In this document: positions 31,701 through 44,195 of the stretch, piece by piece | How the letters are laid out: the number at the start of each line of letters is the position of its first letter | Numbering within the stretch: the first letter of the stretch is position 1 | NCBI GenBank assembly: GCA_046761045.1 | Contig: JBHIFJ010000007.1 | Coordinates: 74 to 64,073 of the forward strand | Direction of reading: 5' to 3' | DNA: 64,000 bases | DNA from: Thermoplasmata archaeon | GTDB taxonomy: Archaea; Thermoplasmatota; Thermoplasmata; RBG-16-68-12; JAGMCJ01 | The notes under the pieces: generated by a model | What the model was told of the DNA's origin: nothing | The model's database searches: none | What the model saw: only the letters and a program-made list of their open reading frames with translations | Made by a program: the position numbers and the translations under genes

Positions 31701-33954
31701 GTCCACCTGGAGATGTCGTGAAGGTGATTCTGTACTGTGTTATGTAGTTAGCCGTGTACGTTGCCGGACCCGTGACAGTTATGTTGTGTATCTTGGCTCC
31801 GCCATCGCTCCAGTCAACGAAGGACCACCGCTCATCCAGAGTCACATTCTGAGGAGATGTTGCGTTCAGCTTATGTACACTGCCTTCCAGCCACCAGAAC
31901 GAGTTCACCGGCTGGGTGTATGTCACATTGTCCACTTCCACATCCAGGCCTGCAGGATTCGTGGTGACATTCACCATGTACTGGACGGCGAAGGTGGCTA
32001 TGTACGTACCCGCTCCGGTCACCGTTATCGGGTGGCTTTGCAGGCCGCCATCGCTCCAGTTGCTCCATACATATCTGCTAGTTGCGTCTATCGTTTGTGG
32101 CGATGTGACGTCGATGTTGTGAAGCTCTCCCGATGTCCACCAGAAGCTCTGCGGCGCCGGCATCTGATACGAGTCGATTACGATCAGCAGGCCCGATATT
32201 GGTGCCGTGTCAAACGAGACATTGTACTGTGGGTCGTAGTTGGCCGTCAGTGTCTCAGGCGATGAAGGAACAACGTATGTCTGGTTCTGAGGTCCCGCGT
32301 TGCTCCAGCTCGCGAATCTGTATCTCGTGTCTACCGGATTCACGGGGTCTGCCATCAGGGTGGGGGCTTCCAGAGTGTGTGAGGAGCCAACCTTCCACCA
32401 GTAGGTGCAAGTCGTCCAGCAATTCGTCGTTCCATTGACGACGATGCTCCCGTTGGCAATAGGTGGAGAGTGCGTGATGGTTATCGGTATCTTGGGCGTC
32501 CGGTTGAGGTCCGTATACCATATGTCAGCTGCCCCAAGACGAGCATCCGTGAACACGATTCTTGGGTTGTTCAAGCCGTAGATTATGTCCGTGGCCCTGA
32601 AATCGGCAACGCTCCAGCCCGGGAAGTCATCTGCTTTGAACTCGGACCATCCCTGACTGAGAACGTCCGTGTTGTTCAAGTAGGTTATGCTGGTATCATT
32701 CACCGCAACGATATGTGGGAGGTAATCGTCATGCAGATAGACTGCTGGGTACATCTGGTCGAAGCCATCACCTGACCTGATGAACAGGATCCAGAGAGAG
32801 GCCTCGCCGCCGTCATCCGAATAGAACCCAGTCAAATCGGGGTCGACGGTCCCGTTCTGCCAGACGAGGTAGACGTAGTCGTTCCTCACCCATATGTCTG
32901 GTTGCAGATCCGTGTTTCCGCCATCCAGGTTGGCGCTCCACCATCCCCAGACATCAATGAATACTGGAGGCGAGTCGTAGGTCCACTGATTGATGATCCA
33001 CTCTGCGTCCCAGTCACCAGTCGTGGAGTTCCAGTGCTGCCAGGCATTGTGGAGTTCACGCGTGTTCGGATCGACCGGATTCTCCATTATCACTGGGCGC
33101 ATGAAGTCCTCGCCCATATGCCAGGTCGCGGTCCAATAGATCATCATCCAGCTGTCCCCGTCGTTATCAGACCACATAAATGTGACTGTCCTGGTGGCGT
33201 TCCTCACGCCCCAAGCGTCCGCTGTCCAAGTGAAGTACTGCGGCCTCACGGAGGAGATGTCCGGATTGTTGAAATCCTCGCACTGCAGAAATCCCGGGTC
33301 ATTAGTCCAGTCCCAGTTCATGTAGAAGCCGCCCCAGCTCACTCCTCCGTCCTGAGATCTGATGAAGAACGTGTGCTGCTCGTCCCCGACATTGTCCTGC
33401 TCGTACGCGATCATGATGGTGTTTCCAGAGATTGCTATGGCGGGGTTTCGTTCGTTGAATGCTCCGGTGGTCTGGGCGACGCCAGTCCATGTGGTCGTGT
33501 CATTGGCTTCCGCGTAGAAGACGTAGATGTCATCATCCGCGCCGTTGAAGTGCGTGAACGCAACCCATATTCTTCCATCGGTCGGGTTAATTGCGATTCT
33601 TGGAGTGTCGTCCGCGGTCGGGCTTGAATAGACCAGTTCGTCTGGTGCAAATGGAGGCTCCATCGGAATGGGCTCGTCCTCATTTGAGAACACCTTCAAG
33701 TACTTCTGTCCAAGATGGACAGGCTCCACTGGCTCCACATAGGCCTGGAGTGCGTCGCTGCTCAGGTCCCTTCGGGTCATGGCATCATTCGCTTCCATTC
33801 CTATGAGGTTCCCTTGCTCGTCATAGAGCATTCTCGGCGTGCTTGTCTCATTGGCGCTTATGACTCCTGTAAAGAGGAAGGCAAACGCAAGAAGCGCGGC
33901 CAATGCGACAATCGCCAATAGACCTCTCTTTCTCATTTTCTCACCCACTTTCAA
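28723..33954 (-). CDS. Giant membrane-anchored surface protein: Asp-box/BNR propeller, ~15 InlB-B-repeat-like (Flg_new-like) domains, C-terminal TM
   Basis: Signal peptide and SxD(D/G)GxSW boxes. Repeats of RYxFxxWSD.G...H.I.V.....YTA.Y..QY and G.GWY..G..A.FS. TM FWWIFPVIIVIIIIVILALMMM followed by KRKKPEEEE. Confidence 0.8.
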   Translation of the reverse strand: MKVGEKMRKRGLLAIVALAALLAFAFLFTGVISANETSTPRMLYDEQGNLIGMEANDAMTRRDLSSDALQAYVEPVEPVHLGQKYLKVFSNEDEPIPMEPPFAPDELVYSSPTADDTPRIAINPTDGRIWVAFTHFNGADDDIYVFYAEANDTTTWTGVAQTTGAFNERNPAIAISGNTIMIAYEQDNVGDEQHTFFIRSQDGGVSWGGFYMNWDWTNDPGFLQCEDFNNPDISSVRPQYFTWTADAWGVRNATRTVTFMWSDNDGDSWMMIYWTATWHMGEDFMRPVIMENPVDPNTRELHNAWQHWNSTTGDWDAEWIINQWTYDSPPVFIDVWGWWSANLDGGNTDLQPDIWVRNDYVYLVWQNGTVDPDLTGFYSDDGGEASLWILFIRSGDGFDQMYPAVYLHDDYLPHIVAVNDTSITYLNNTDVLSQGWSEFKADDFPGWSVADFRATDIIYGLNNPRIVFTDARLGAADIWYTDLNRTPKIPITITHSPPIANGSIVVNGTTNCWTTCTYWWKVGSSHTLEAPTLMADPVNPVDTRYRFASWSNAGPQNQTYVVPSSPETLTANYDPQYNVSFDTAPISGLLIVIDSYQMPAPQSFWWTSGELHNIDVTSPQTIDATSRYVWSNWSDGGLQSHPITVTGAGTYIATFAVQYMVNVTTNPAGLDVEVDNVTYTQPVNSFWWLEGSVHKLNATSPQNVTLDERWSFVDWSDGGAKIHNITVTGPATYTANYITQYRITFTTSPGGLNVEVDTVVYATPKSLWFDVGDVVTINAPSPQPINPQSQYAFLSWNDGGAQTHDITVSNPATYTANFGVEYRIDVNTNPPGLNVTVGGVEHTALYSFWCAQGTPAQIGAPSPQPQSSTMRYRWVNWDTGGSNPKNIFCSAPATHTANFVTQYLLNFSTNPQGLQIEVEGVVHDPAPYLDWFDVGYQVSMNAPSPQGTANTQAVWIFWSDGGAQAHLTAPVTGPATYTAYFDTQYLVTISSTPVTNLAIDVDGGQQWTDYSFWCNAGSLHTLNANSPQMPGGAPITDTRYVWSNWSDGAGQSHSITCDSPNTYTANYVLEYRLTISTIPPTLLIEVDGTVRNTPYQPWWVDGSTHNLNATSPQDLVVGSSRYEFSSWSDLGAQQHDIDVSGPSIYTATFVLKYKVTITSDPVGREIWADGTPYTTPQEFWWESGSPHTLDVTEPQPGIPGEQWIFDTWNDDPSKSRSIIVTASTTYTAYMIHQFEVTLDSTPVAVTVTVDGMQYLTPYAFWCDEGANPTISAVDVYSGGPGVQYAFASWSDGGARTHNIICDMPKTLTADYTTQYEVTITTSPAGLEIIVDLNALTAPQSFWWDSGSTHDVDAASPQAGTTGEQFVFASWSDSGTQAHQVTVTGPDTLTVTFTTQYYLTVDTTHGTASGEGWYDSGETAYAGLDADMYTVGQTRYLFTQWSGDASGTDYAQSGPVLMDAPKTATALFAAEHYLTVTSAYGDPQGEGWYAEGTPATFSVTTPYQETGVTDTRYVFQAWSGDSTEQTPTASISMNEPKTVTATWTTEYLLTVTSAYGDPQGEGWHAEGATATFSVTSPYLQAGVTDTRYVFQAWSGDSTSTSASASVTMNEPKTVTATWITQYYLTVTSDKGSPQGEGWYNEGETATFSVTTPTTAEGKEWEFTGWSGDSTSTKASDTIVMNEPKTVTAKWQETGFLQKFWWIFPVIIVIIIIVILALMMMKRKKPEEEELPPPEEMEILPEEEE
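29105..29540 (-). repeat. Intragenic tandem duplication, 225-bp period
   Basis: Identical blocks, e.g. gaatcgccactccatgcctggaacacgtatctcgtatcggtgactccag at 29168 and 29393, and ccagccctcgccttgtggatccccgtaggctgatgtcaccgtcag at 29269 and 29494. Confidence 0.9.
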
Positions 33955-34702
33955 TCCTCCTCTCCTTTTCTAGAACCATCATTGTTCTTTTGGAAAGTAT
34001 CATGGCGACTACCTTGGTGGTATTTAAAATCTTTCGTTCAAGTTGAATCTGACATCATCCTGGGTCGGATGTCGATAGTGACGGTGCGGGCGGTCCTGAA
34101 GGATTGAATGATATTTGCAGATCTCCCGTGGTGGAAGACCTCGATTTCCTCCCCCGCTGCTTGGGCATCTCTCTGGTCCAGGTCTTGTGGGTATGGTCTT
34201 GTACCAACCATGACTCCCATGAGGTCTGTGGATGCGATGACAAGTCAGAGCTTGCTGCATGGCCTTGCACACTCACTTCCGCCACAGAGGCCTTCGTGCA
34301 TCGGCTCTACGAACAGAGGACCTGTGAAAATCTGCTGTCCGATCGACGTCCGCCTGAGCCTTCACCCAATACCCCCTACCCGCCAACAGCGCATCCGAGG
34401 CCAGGCGAAGAAGACTCAGGGAGCGCCAGCAAGAGAGTGGGAAGACAGATGACCAGCGCAAGCAGCGGAGGTGCCCAAAGCAATTCGTCATGCCCTCCTC
34501 TTGATGCTTTGCGACTCGCCTGTTTTGCCCACAGGGGGGTCAGATGCGGGTCTATAACGAATCAACGTCGTGGGATTGCCCAGGTATATCGACCTTCTTC
34601 CGCGAGTATGTCAAGCTCAATGTCGAGTGTCGTTCTTCGAAGTGACCCCTGAGGAACCAACAGGCTTTAATAGACGATTGATGCAAATAGAGTCGAAGGA
34701 GC

Positions 34703-37174
34703 ATGGAGGTAGGGAACGTTCCGGCATCGCTAGAGCACCGCATATTCTGCCTAGCGGTCGCAATCCTGATGGTTTCCGCCCTTTTGCTATTGACAGCGAG
34801 CTACACAGTCAACATGGCTTCTGGGTCATTCCCCTTCTCCTCTGACCGGATGGTCTCCGACCCAGATGAGAGTTCCGATCAGTATTATCCCGACGTGGCA
34901 GTATCTCCCAATGGGACGATTTACGTTGTCTGGGAGGACAGCCGTCACGACCCGACTCCGGGGAGCCCGCCCTATGTCGTGGACATCTTCATCTCCTATT
35001 CATCTAACAGAGGAGCCGGCTTCTCCGAGAACGCACAGATTACGGACCATTCACAGACGACCGTCAAATCGGAGCCCTCGATTGCAGTCGACCCTGCGGG
35101 GACTGTTTACGTTGCCTGGTGGGACAACACGGGGCTCTATATCCAAAAGTCCACCGATGGCATCAGCTTCTCGGGGCCAGTCGAGGTCTCGACGGGCGTC
35201 AATGGAACGTTCAAGATAGCCCCCTCCGTCTGTGCCCCCGCTCCAGGGAGGGTTCATGTCGCATACTCCGCCCCTACTGGTCCGGAGGGCAGGATATTCC
35301 TGGCGACATCAGGAGACGGAGGTGCCAGCTTCTCCTCGGTTAGGGTCGACGATGCCACCCCATCGTACAGGACGAATCCCGACATTGCTGTAAGCCAAGG
35401 TGGCGACATCTATGTGGTCTGGCAGGACGAGCGAAACGGCGACAGTGATATATATTTCACAAAGTCCACCGACGGGGGCCTCACTTTCTCGCCCGATGAG
35501 AGGGTGAATGACGACATCGGCACCGCCAACCAGGATACCCCCTCCATCGCAGTGGCAAAGAGTGGGAACATCTACATCGCTTGGACGGACACGAGAAACG
35601 CGAACTCGGACATATTCTTCTCGAAGTCCACGGATGGGGGGAACACATTCGGCGATGGCATCCTCAACAACAACGATGTTGAGGTGGACGACTTCCCGGG
35701 CGCGGCCATGCACGACTACCCTGTTGTGGCGGTGGACGATTTCGAGACCATCTATGTCACCTGGCGGGACACCCGAAATGGATTCTCCGATAAGGACATC
35801 TACTTCTCCCAGTCCGAGGACGGTGGAGTGACCTTCGGGGACGGGCTGAAGAACGACAACGATGTCAAGGTGAACGACGACCTGGAGGGCACCGACCAAC
35901 AGATTCCTGCGATGGCACTCACGCCCGACGGGAGCATCTGTATCGTATGGTACGACAACAGGAACTTCGCTCAGAAGCGAGTGGATATCTATTTCTCGAT
36001 TTTCCTCGGCGCGGCCCCTGACCTCGTAATCGCGGGCGGATCGGTGACGGACATCACATTCCACCCACCTAGCCCGCAGGTCGAGGGGACGGCAATCACA
36101 ATCAACGCAACCGTCTACAACCTGGGAAATGAGAATGCATCCAACGTCGTCGTCCGATTCTATGACAATTCAATCGATCCTCTGAACCAGATTGGCGGGG
36201 ATGAGGTGGTGCCGTTCATCCCCTCCTTCGGGGGGAACACAACCGTCTCCATGGAATGGATATGTCAGGAAGCGGGCATTCACACAATCGTCGTGTCAGT
36301 CGATCCCGAGGACGAAATCATTGAATGGGACGAGTCGAACAATGTTGCGAGCCAGAGTTTCAGTGTTCTCCCCCTTCAGAACCCAGCGAGCCCAGAGAAC
36401 GTGAGCGCCTCGCTATTCGGGTTGGCCAATACCGGAGTGATTGTCACCTGGACTCTGTCGCTGGACGACAAGGGCGGTAGGAATACGGTGGAGAGGTACG
36501 ATGTCTACCGCAGTACGGACTATGATTCGAGCGGGCTCGGCTATCAGTTAATAGGATCGATATCCAAAGGGCTGAACAACTACATGGACCTTGGGACAGG
36601 CTACGGGGATCCAAGTGACTACTTCTATATGGTATGCGCCTACAACTCCACACTTGGCAGTTCGTGCAGCCTCACACAAGGCGCAAAGACGAACATCCAC
36701 GTGGTCAAAGGCTGGAATTTGCTGGCGTTTCCCTTAATCATGTGGAAGGCTGATGTTGGGTCGGTCCTCAGAACAATCGACTTCGATGTCGTGAGGAAAT
36801 ATGACGTTCCCTCGTCCACATGGAAATCCTATTTCTCCTGGAAGCACTACGGCGACCTCGGCTTGGTGGATGTCTCAAGCGGTTTCTGGATTCACTGCCC
36901 TGAGGACGGCAATCTCTCCATTGCCGGCCAGGTCCCTCGAGATGTGCAACTCGTATTGCATGCTGGCTGGAATCTAGTCGCTCTGCCCTCCTTTTCCTCG
37001 GATGTCTCCCTTTCTGATCTCCTCGCTGCGTTCCCGCTCCGCGGGGCGGAGATTTTCGACCCGCTCAACCCGCCTCATTTCCTCAGAGAGATGAGCACCC
37101 TTGAAGTCTTCAATCCAAAGAGGGGCTACTGGCTCGAGGCCCTTGAGGACATCACGATACCCATACCCAACTGA
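34703..37174 (+). CDS. Secreted Asp-box (BNR/sialidase-like) propeller protein with CARDB, FN3-like and duplicated C-terminal module
   Basis: Signal-like helix and repeats IYVxWxDxR...DIxFxxSxDGGxTF. CARDB (PDL..ITF.P..P..INATV.N.G..VDP...I.E.DE.NN). Confidence 0.82.
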   Translation: MEVGNVPASLEHRIFCLAVAILMVSALLLLTASYTVNMASGSFPFSSDRMVSDPDESSDQYYPDVAVSPNGTIYVVWEDSRHDPTPGSPPYVVDIFISYSSNRGAGFSENAQITDHSQTTVKSEPSIAVDPAGTVYVAWWDNTGLYIQKSTDGISFSGPVEVSTGVNGTFKIAPSVCAPAPGRVHVAYSAPTGPEGRIFLATSGDGGASFSSVRVDDATPSYRTNPDIAVSQGGDIYVVWQDERNGDSDIYFTKSTDGGLTFSPDERVNDDIGTANQDTPSIAVAKSGNIYIAWTDTRNANSDIFFSKSTDGGNTFGDGILNNNDVEVDDFPGAAMHDYPVVAVDDFETIYVTWRDTRNGFSDKDIYFSQSEDGGVTFGDGLKNDNDVKVNDDLEGTDQQIPAMALTPDGSICIVWYDNRNFAQKRVDIYFSIFLGAAPDLVIAGGSVTDITFHPPSPQVEGTAITINATVYNLGNENASNVVVRFYDNSIDPLNQIGGDEVVPFIPSFGGNTTVSMEWICQEAGIHTIVVSVDPEDEIIEWDESNNVASQSFSVLPLQNPASPENVSASLFGLANTGVIVTWTLSLDDKGGRNTVERYDVYRSTDYDSSGLGYQLIGSISKGLNNYMDLGTGYGDPSDYFYMVCAYNSTLGSSCSLTQGAKTNIHVVKGWNLLAFPLIMWKADVGSVLRTIDFDVVRKYDVPSSTWKSYFSWKHYGDLGLVDVSSGFWIHCPEDGNLSIAGQVPRDVQLVLHAGWNLVALPSFSSDVSLSDLLAAFPLRGAEIFDPLNPPHFLREMSTLEVFNPKRGYWLEALEDITIPIPN

Positions 37175-37184
37175 GTTCCGCAAG

Positions 37185-37200
37185 CAATCTTTTTATACTC
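37185..37200 (+). promoter_or_regulatory. Putative BRE/TATA promoter of the 23S rRNA transcript
   Basis: CTTTTTATAC about 200 nt upstream of the mature 23S 5' end. Confidence 0.45.
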
Positions 37201-37355
37201 GTAAGCCAATAGGATTAATGCTCTCAATCAAGAAGGGCAATGCAAGTTGGCATCCCTGTTCTGTTGTGATGAGAGGAGTTTGGTGCACCCAATGAGCTAT
37301 TTCGTTGGGGAAGGGAAGAGATTGCGAGAACCGAATCTTGCGGTCCGTGAGTTCC

Positions 37356-40357
<3,002 letters not shown>

Positions 40358-40454
40358 TTCTCCTCCATTCTGAGGGCGTAGATGTAGCTTTTTCCCAGCT
40401 TTTCACAGACCCCCTTTCTGTGGGTTCTAATATCCTTGCCCCGTACAGTAGGTC

Positions 40455-41129
40455 ATGGTCGATCTCACAATGGATGTTCACGAGCCCAAGACAATCGCGA
40501 GGTACTTGGAGGAGTTCAAGGTCCCATTCACCAAGAGAAGGATCACGCCAGGAGATTATGTGGTCGGTGAGGTTGGAATTGAAAGGAAGACGCTTGGTGA
40601 CTTCTTCAACTCGATGGTCACCAGACGACTCTTCGATCAGGTCATCCGCCTGAAGAGCTGCTATCCGACCTCTGTACTCATCGTCGAGGGTGATCTCAGC
40701 GATATTTGTGCCCACAGGAATCCTGCGGCATTCTGGGGAGCATTTCTGGCAATGGTGATGGACGATAATGTGTCAATCCTGTTCTCTCCGAACAAGCTCG
40801 AGACTGCTAGGATTCTTAGGACCTTTTGGCGCAGGCAGGAAAGGGGACCCAACAACTACGGTCTCAGGCACAAGCCAAAGATGCTTACGCTGGAAGAGAG
40901 ACAGGTTTTTCTCATCCAGGGGTTCCCCAATGTTGGTGACACTCTGTCAAGGAGCCTTCTCGAGAAGTTCGGGAGTGTGCGTAGAGTGATGATGGCAAGC
41001 AAAGAGGAGCTGATGGAGGTTCCAAAGATCGGTGAGAAGAAGGCCGAGGTCATGGCGAGGATTCTTGACGGAGAGTACGGCCAGAACCAGTCTGTTGGGC
41101 AACACGATCGGATGGGTTCTCGGGGATGA
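40455..41129 (+). CDS. Short XPF/ERCC4-family nuclease with HhH domain
   Basis: DVHE, GDYVV..GIERKT..DF..S....RLFDQ, LIVEG, and (HhH)2 PNVG..LL.KFGSV..V.KIGEKKA. Confidence 0.9.
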   Translation: MVDLTMDVHEPKTIARYLEEFKVPFTKRRITPGDYVVGEVGIERKTLGDFFNSMVTRRLFDQVIRLKSCYPTSVLIVEGDLSDICAHRNPAAFWGAFLAMVMDDNVSILFSPNKLETARILRTFWRRQERGPNNYGLRHKPKMLTLEERQVFLIQGFPNVGDTLSRSLLEKFGSVRRVMMASKEELMEVPKIGEKKAEVMARILDGEYGQNQSVGQHDRMGSRG

Positions 41130-42216
41130 TTCTCCGGAGTCTCCGCAGTGCTCTCATCTTCTCTCTATTCCCTGCCCTGGATTCTTCGACCCCAGACTTA
41201 AGAAAGTGAATGGATTCGTCCATTGTGCCCCTGTCCACCGGATACGGGACACCGTCCTTTCCGCCAACCGTGAAGGAGAATTTCACTGGGTCCCTCCAGC
41301 TTGGCTCATCACCGTATATTATGTCCGAAACGAGAGCGAGAGCTCGAACAGTGGCTGGTCCGACACCTCTGACTGCAAGCATTTCCTCATAGTTGCCTGG
41401 TTGGAAGTCATAGATCCCTTTCATTGCCTGCCAGTGTATCCTCCTGGGCATCCAGAGAAGTCTGACATCCTCCTTCTCTCCTGTCCACCTCTTCAGCGAA
41501 GTCTGATGGCTTGGCCGGACGGACAGGAGCAGTCTCTGCAGCCTCTTTATCCCATCCTTGGCAAGATCGAGAGACGTCTGTCTGCAGTCCCGGCTGAGGG
41601 CCGAGGTCATATCCAAAGTCATCTGCATCCTTCTGCCCAGAATCGCATCATGGGGCTCTTCGAGCATGTCATCGACGTTTGCATGATACCAGTGATATCT
41701 CCTGGCGTAGCCCCTCACTTCGTCCATCCCCTGCTGCACGACCGCCCAGCTTCCGCTTTCCGTGAAGAATACTACATGATGGTAGAGATGATGATTGTCC
41801 TGGATGGCGACGTTGTCCACCTTTGCAGCCATCTTGCTCGTGTAGACCAAGGCATCTATCTGTCGGGTACCAAGGCCAAGTCCATCACCCAGATTTCGTA
41901 TCTGTTCGGGCGTCTTCCTCGAGGCCCGCCCCTTCCCACCAGCAATTGCCAGGCCGAGATTCTCGTCCTTGAGGGCCTCTTTTAGCGCGCCGCACGTTAC
42001 CGTTGAGACACCTGAGGAATGCCAGTCAAAACCCAAGACACAGGAGAGGGATTGGAACCAAAAGGGGTCCGAGACTCTCTCCAGAAACCTCTCCGGTCCA
42101 TGTTCCAGGCATATGACCTTGATTATGCCCTTCGACAAGTCGACCATTCGTGTGAAGAGCCATCGTGGAGCCTTCCCGCCATGAAGTGGAAGGTCTGCGA
42201 CTCCAGCTATGCTCAC
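41050..42216 (-). CDS. DUF763 family protein
   Basis: G.ADLPLHGGKAP.WLF.RM, DP.WFQ...CVLG.DWHSSG..T, AKVD..A.QD and GGKDG.PYPVDR. Confidence 0.92.
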   Translation of the reverse strand: MSIAGVADLPLHGGKAPRWLFTRMVDLSKGIIKVICLEHGPERFLERVSDPFWFQSLSCVLGFDWHSSGVSTVTCGALKEALKDENLGLAIAGGKGRASRKTPEQIRNLGDGLGLGTRQIDALVYTSKMAAKVDNVAIQDNHHLYHHVVFFTESGSWAVVQQGMDEVRGYARRYHWYHANVDDMLEEPHDAILGRRMQMTLDMTSALSRDCRQTSLDLAKDGIKRLQRLLLSVRPSHQTSLKRWTGEKEDVRLLWMPRRIHWQAMKGIYDFQPGNYEEMLAVRGVGPATVRALALVSDIIYGDEPSWRDPVKFSFTVGGKDGVPYPVDRGTMDESIHFLKSGVEESRAGNREKMRALRRLRRIIPENPSDRVAQQTGSGRTLRQESSP

Positions 42217-42308
42217 ATGAGAGGAAGCGATCCGGTCGGATATAAGCCTCCTAGGTGGGGGTGAGTGAAACAGTGAAATATTTATTCATGACCGCGTATC
42301 CAAACCTT

Positions 42309-44195
42309 GTGCCAGCAGTTCGTCTTGGCAAGATGCATCTCCGGTGGTGCAAACAGTGCAACGTCCCTGTTTTGGAGCAGGGCAGATGTTCCGTGTGCGG
42401 CACACCCACATCTGGTGTCGAGGTCACGCCACCCGGCGACATCAGGCCCGCCTTCGATTCTGATGTCCGTTTGATTAGAGAAACGATCGAAGCGCAGTTC
42501 GGAAGGGGGGCCGGCAAATCCCTGATTCCCGATGATAAGATCGTCCTCCTGAACGGCGTTCCACATTTGGATCGGATGGATGAGATCATTCTGGACGGTC
42601 AGGTTCTGGGTGCCCTGCAGTACAATCCAGGAAGTGGTTACAAGTTCATTCCAAGGATGGAGGCAGCCCGCCGCCTTGCGCCAACTCTTGGAAAGTCCTG
42701 GATAGTCGTCGATAAGGGGGCCGTCAATCCCGTTTCCTCGGGAGCGAGCGTGATGGTTTCTGGCATACTTGACCTCGATGATGGGATTGAGGCGGGCGAT
42801 GAGATTATCGTGGTCACGGAGGAGAGGAAGGTGATTGCCACTGGGTTTGCTAGAATGGGCGGGCCCGAGATGAGGACGAAGCGCCGTGGGGCGGCAACGA
42901 AGACCCGCTGGTCCTCGGAGCCAACCGACGCCGTCTACCTTCCGTCCGGCCAGGACTGGAGACTGGTTCTCGAGGCAAATGAGAACGTTCTGGAAGTGAG
43001 GGTCGACAAGGCGGTGCGCTTCGTGAGGAGGATCGTGCAAGAGATGGGACTTCCCGTGGCTGTCTCCTTCAGCGGTGGAAAGGACAGCCTAGTCACTCTT
43101 CTCCTTGTGGTCGATGCTGGCATTCGTCCTGACATCCTTTTCGTGGACACAGGTCTCGAATTCCCGGAGACCGTGGATCATGTCACACAGATCGCGGGGG
43201 AATACGATCTCCGGCTGATCACAGAATCGGCGGGAGACGCCTTCTGGAGCGGACTGAGGACCTTCGGGCCTCCCGGCAAGGACTTCAGATGGTGTTGCAA
43301 GACATGCAAATTGGGCCCAGCCGCCAGACTCATCTCGAAGAGCTATCCGAATGGCGTCCTTTCTTTCATAGGCCAAAGGAGGTACGAATCCATACCGCGA
43401 TCGACGAAAGGTGCCGTGTGGACGAATCCATGGGTCCCGGGCCAGCATGCCGCCTCTCCAATACAGGACTGGACAGCTCTGCATGTGTGGCTGTACATCT
43501 TCTCCAAAGGCGTGAGCTTCAACCCCTGGTATGAGAGGGGCCTTGCCAGAATCGGTTGCTTCCTCTGTCCCGCCTCGGACCTTGCTGAGCTTGAGATTGT
43601 GTCTGATGAACTGCCTGAGTTTGAGCGGTGGGAGGCCTACTTGGAGGATTACGCTGAGAAGTCGAAGAAGGGAGAAAGCTGGCTCAATCTCGGTCTTTGG
43701 AGGTGGAGAGTCCCGCCCAAAGGGGTCAGTGAGATGACAGAGGCCGAGCGCGGTGGGAGTGTCGCGGCCGACCATCTCAAGTTGCAGGTTTCCGATACTC
43801 ATATTCCGTGCACACTCGGAGTGAGGACCGAGGGCTTCTTCATGGACATGCTGGACATGGACCGCGTTGCCAACATGCTGAGAATCCTCGGCGAAGTGGA
43901 ATATGACGACGAGGTCGAGGCAGCTCAGATGGAGAGATACGTTGTGTTCAAAGAGGGCCTTGTGATAATCAGGGCCGAGGATGAGGATCAACTGGTGTCC
44001 CAGGCGAAGGATCTCGAGCGGGTTATCAGGAAGGCAGAGAATTGCGTTGCGTGCGGAGTCTGTGTTGGCCTTTGCGAGAACGATGCAATCGTGATCAAGG
44101 ACAAGGCTTGGATTGTCGAAGACAATTGCGAGTCGTGCGGAAACTGTCTATACCCGTGTTCAGCGGCAGATTTCGAGGGCGAGTTCAGGTTCTGA
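42309..44195 (+). CDS. PAPS-reductase-family protein with PUA and C-terminal 4Fe-4S domains
   Basis: N-terminal CxxC..CxxC, PUA domain, SFSGGKDS, WCCKTCK, RIGCFLCP and two CxxCxxCxxxC motifs. GTG 42309 preferred (TATA ~25 nt upstream). Confidence 0.88.
   Translation: MPAVRLGKMHLRWCKQCNVPVLEQGRCSVCGTPTSGVEVTPPGDIRPAFDSDVRLIRETIEAQFGRGAGKSLIPDDKIVLLNGVPHLDRMDEIILDGQVLGALQYNPGSGYKFIPRMEAARRLAPTLGKSWIVVDKGAVNPVSSGASVMVSGILDLDDGIEAGDEIIVVTEERKVIATGFARMGGPEMRTKRRGAATKTRWSSEPTDAVYLPSGQDWRLVLEANENVLEVRVDKAVRFVRRIVQEMGLPVAVSFSGGKDSLVTLLLVVDAGIRPDILFVDTGLEFPETVDHVTQIAGEYDLRLITESAGDAFWSGLRTFGPPGKDFRWCCKTCKLGPAARLISKSYPNGVLSFIGQRRYESIPRSTKGAVWTNPWVPGQHAASPIQDWTALHVWLYIFSKGVSFNPWYERGLARIGCFLCPASDLAELEIVSDELPEFERWEAYLEDYAEKSKKGESWLNLGLWRWRVPPKGVSEMTEAERGGSVAADHLKLQVSDTHIPCTLGVRTEGFFMDMLDMDRVANMLRILGEVEYDDEVEAAQMERYVVFKEGLVIIRAEDEDQLVSQAKDLERVIRKAENCVACGVCVGLCENDAIVIKDKAWIVEDNCESCGNCLYPCSAADFEGEFRF

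Noticed and set aside
41050-41129. 80-nt convergent overlap of the XPF and DUF763 genes
   Set aside because: Only poorly conserved-looking tails overlap, which is common in compact archaeal genomes.
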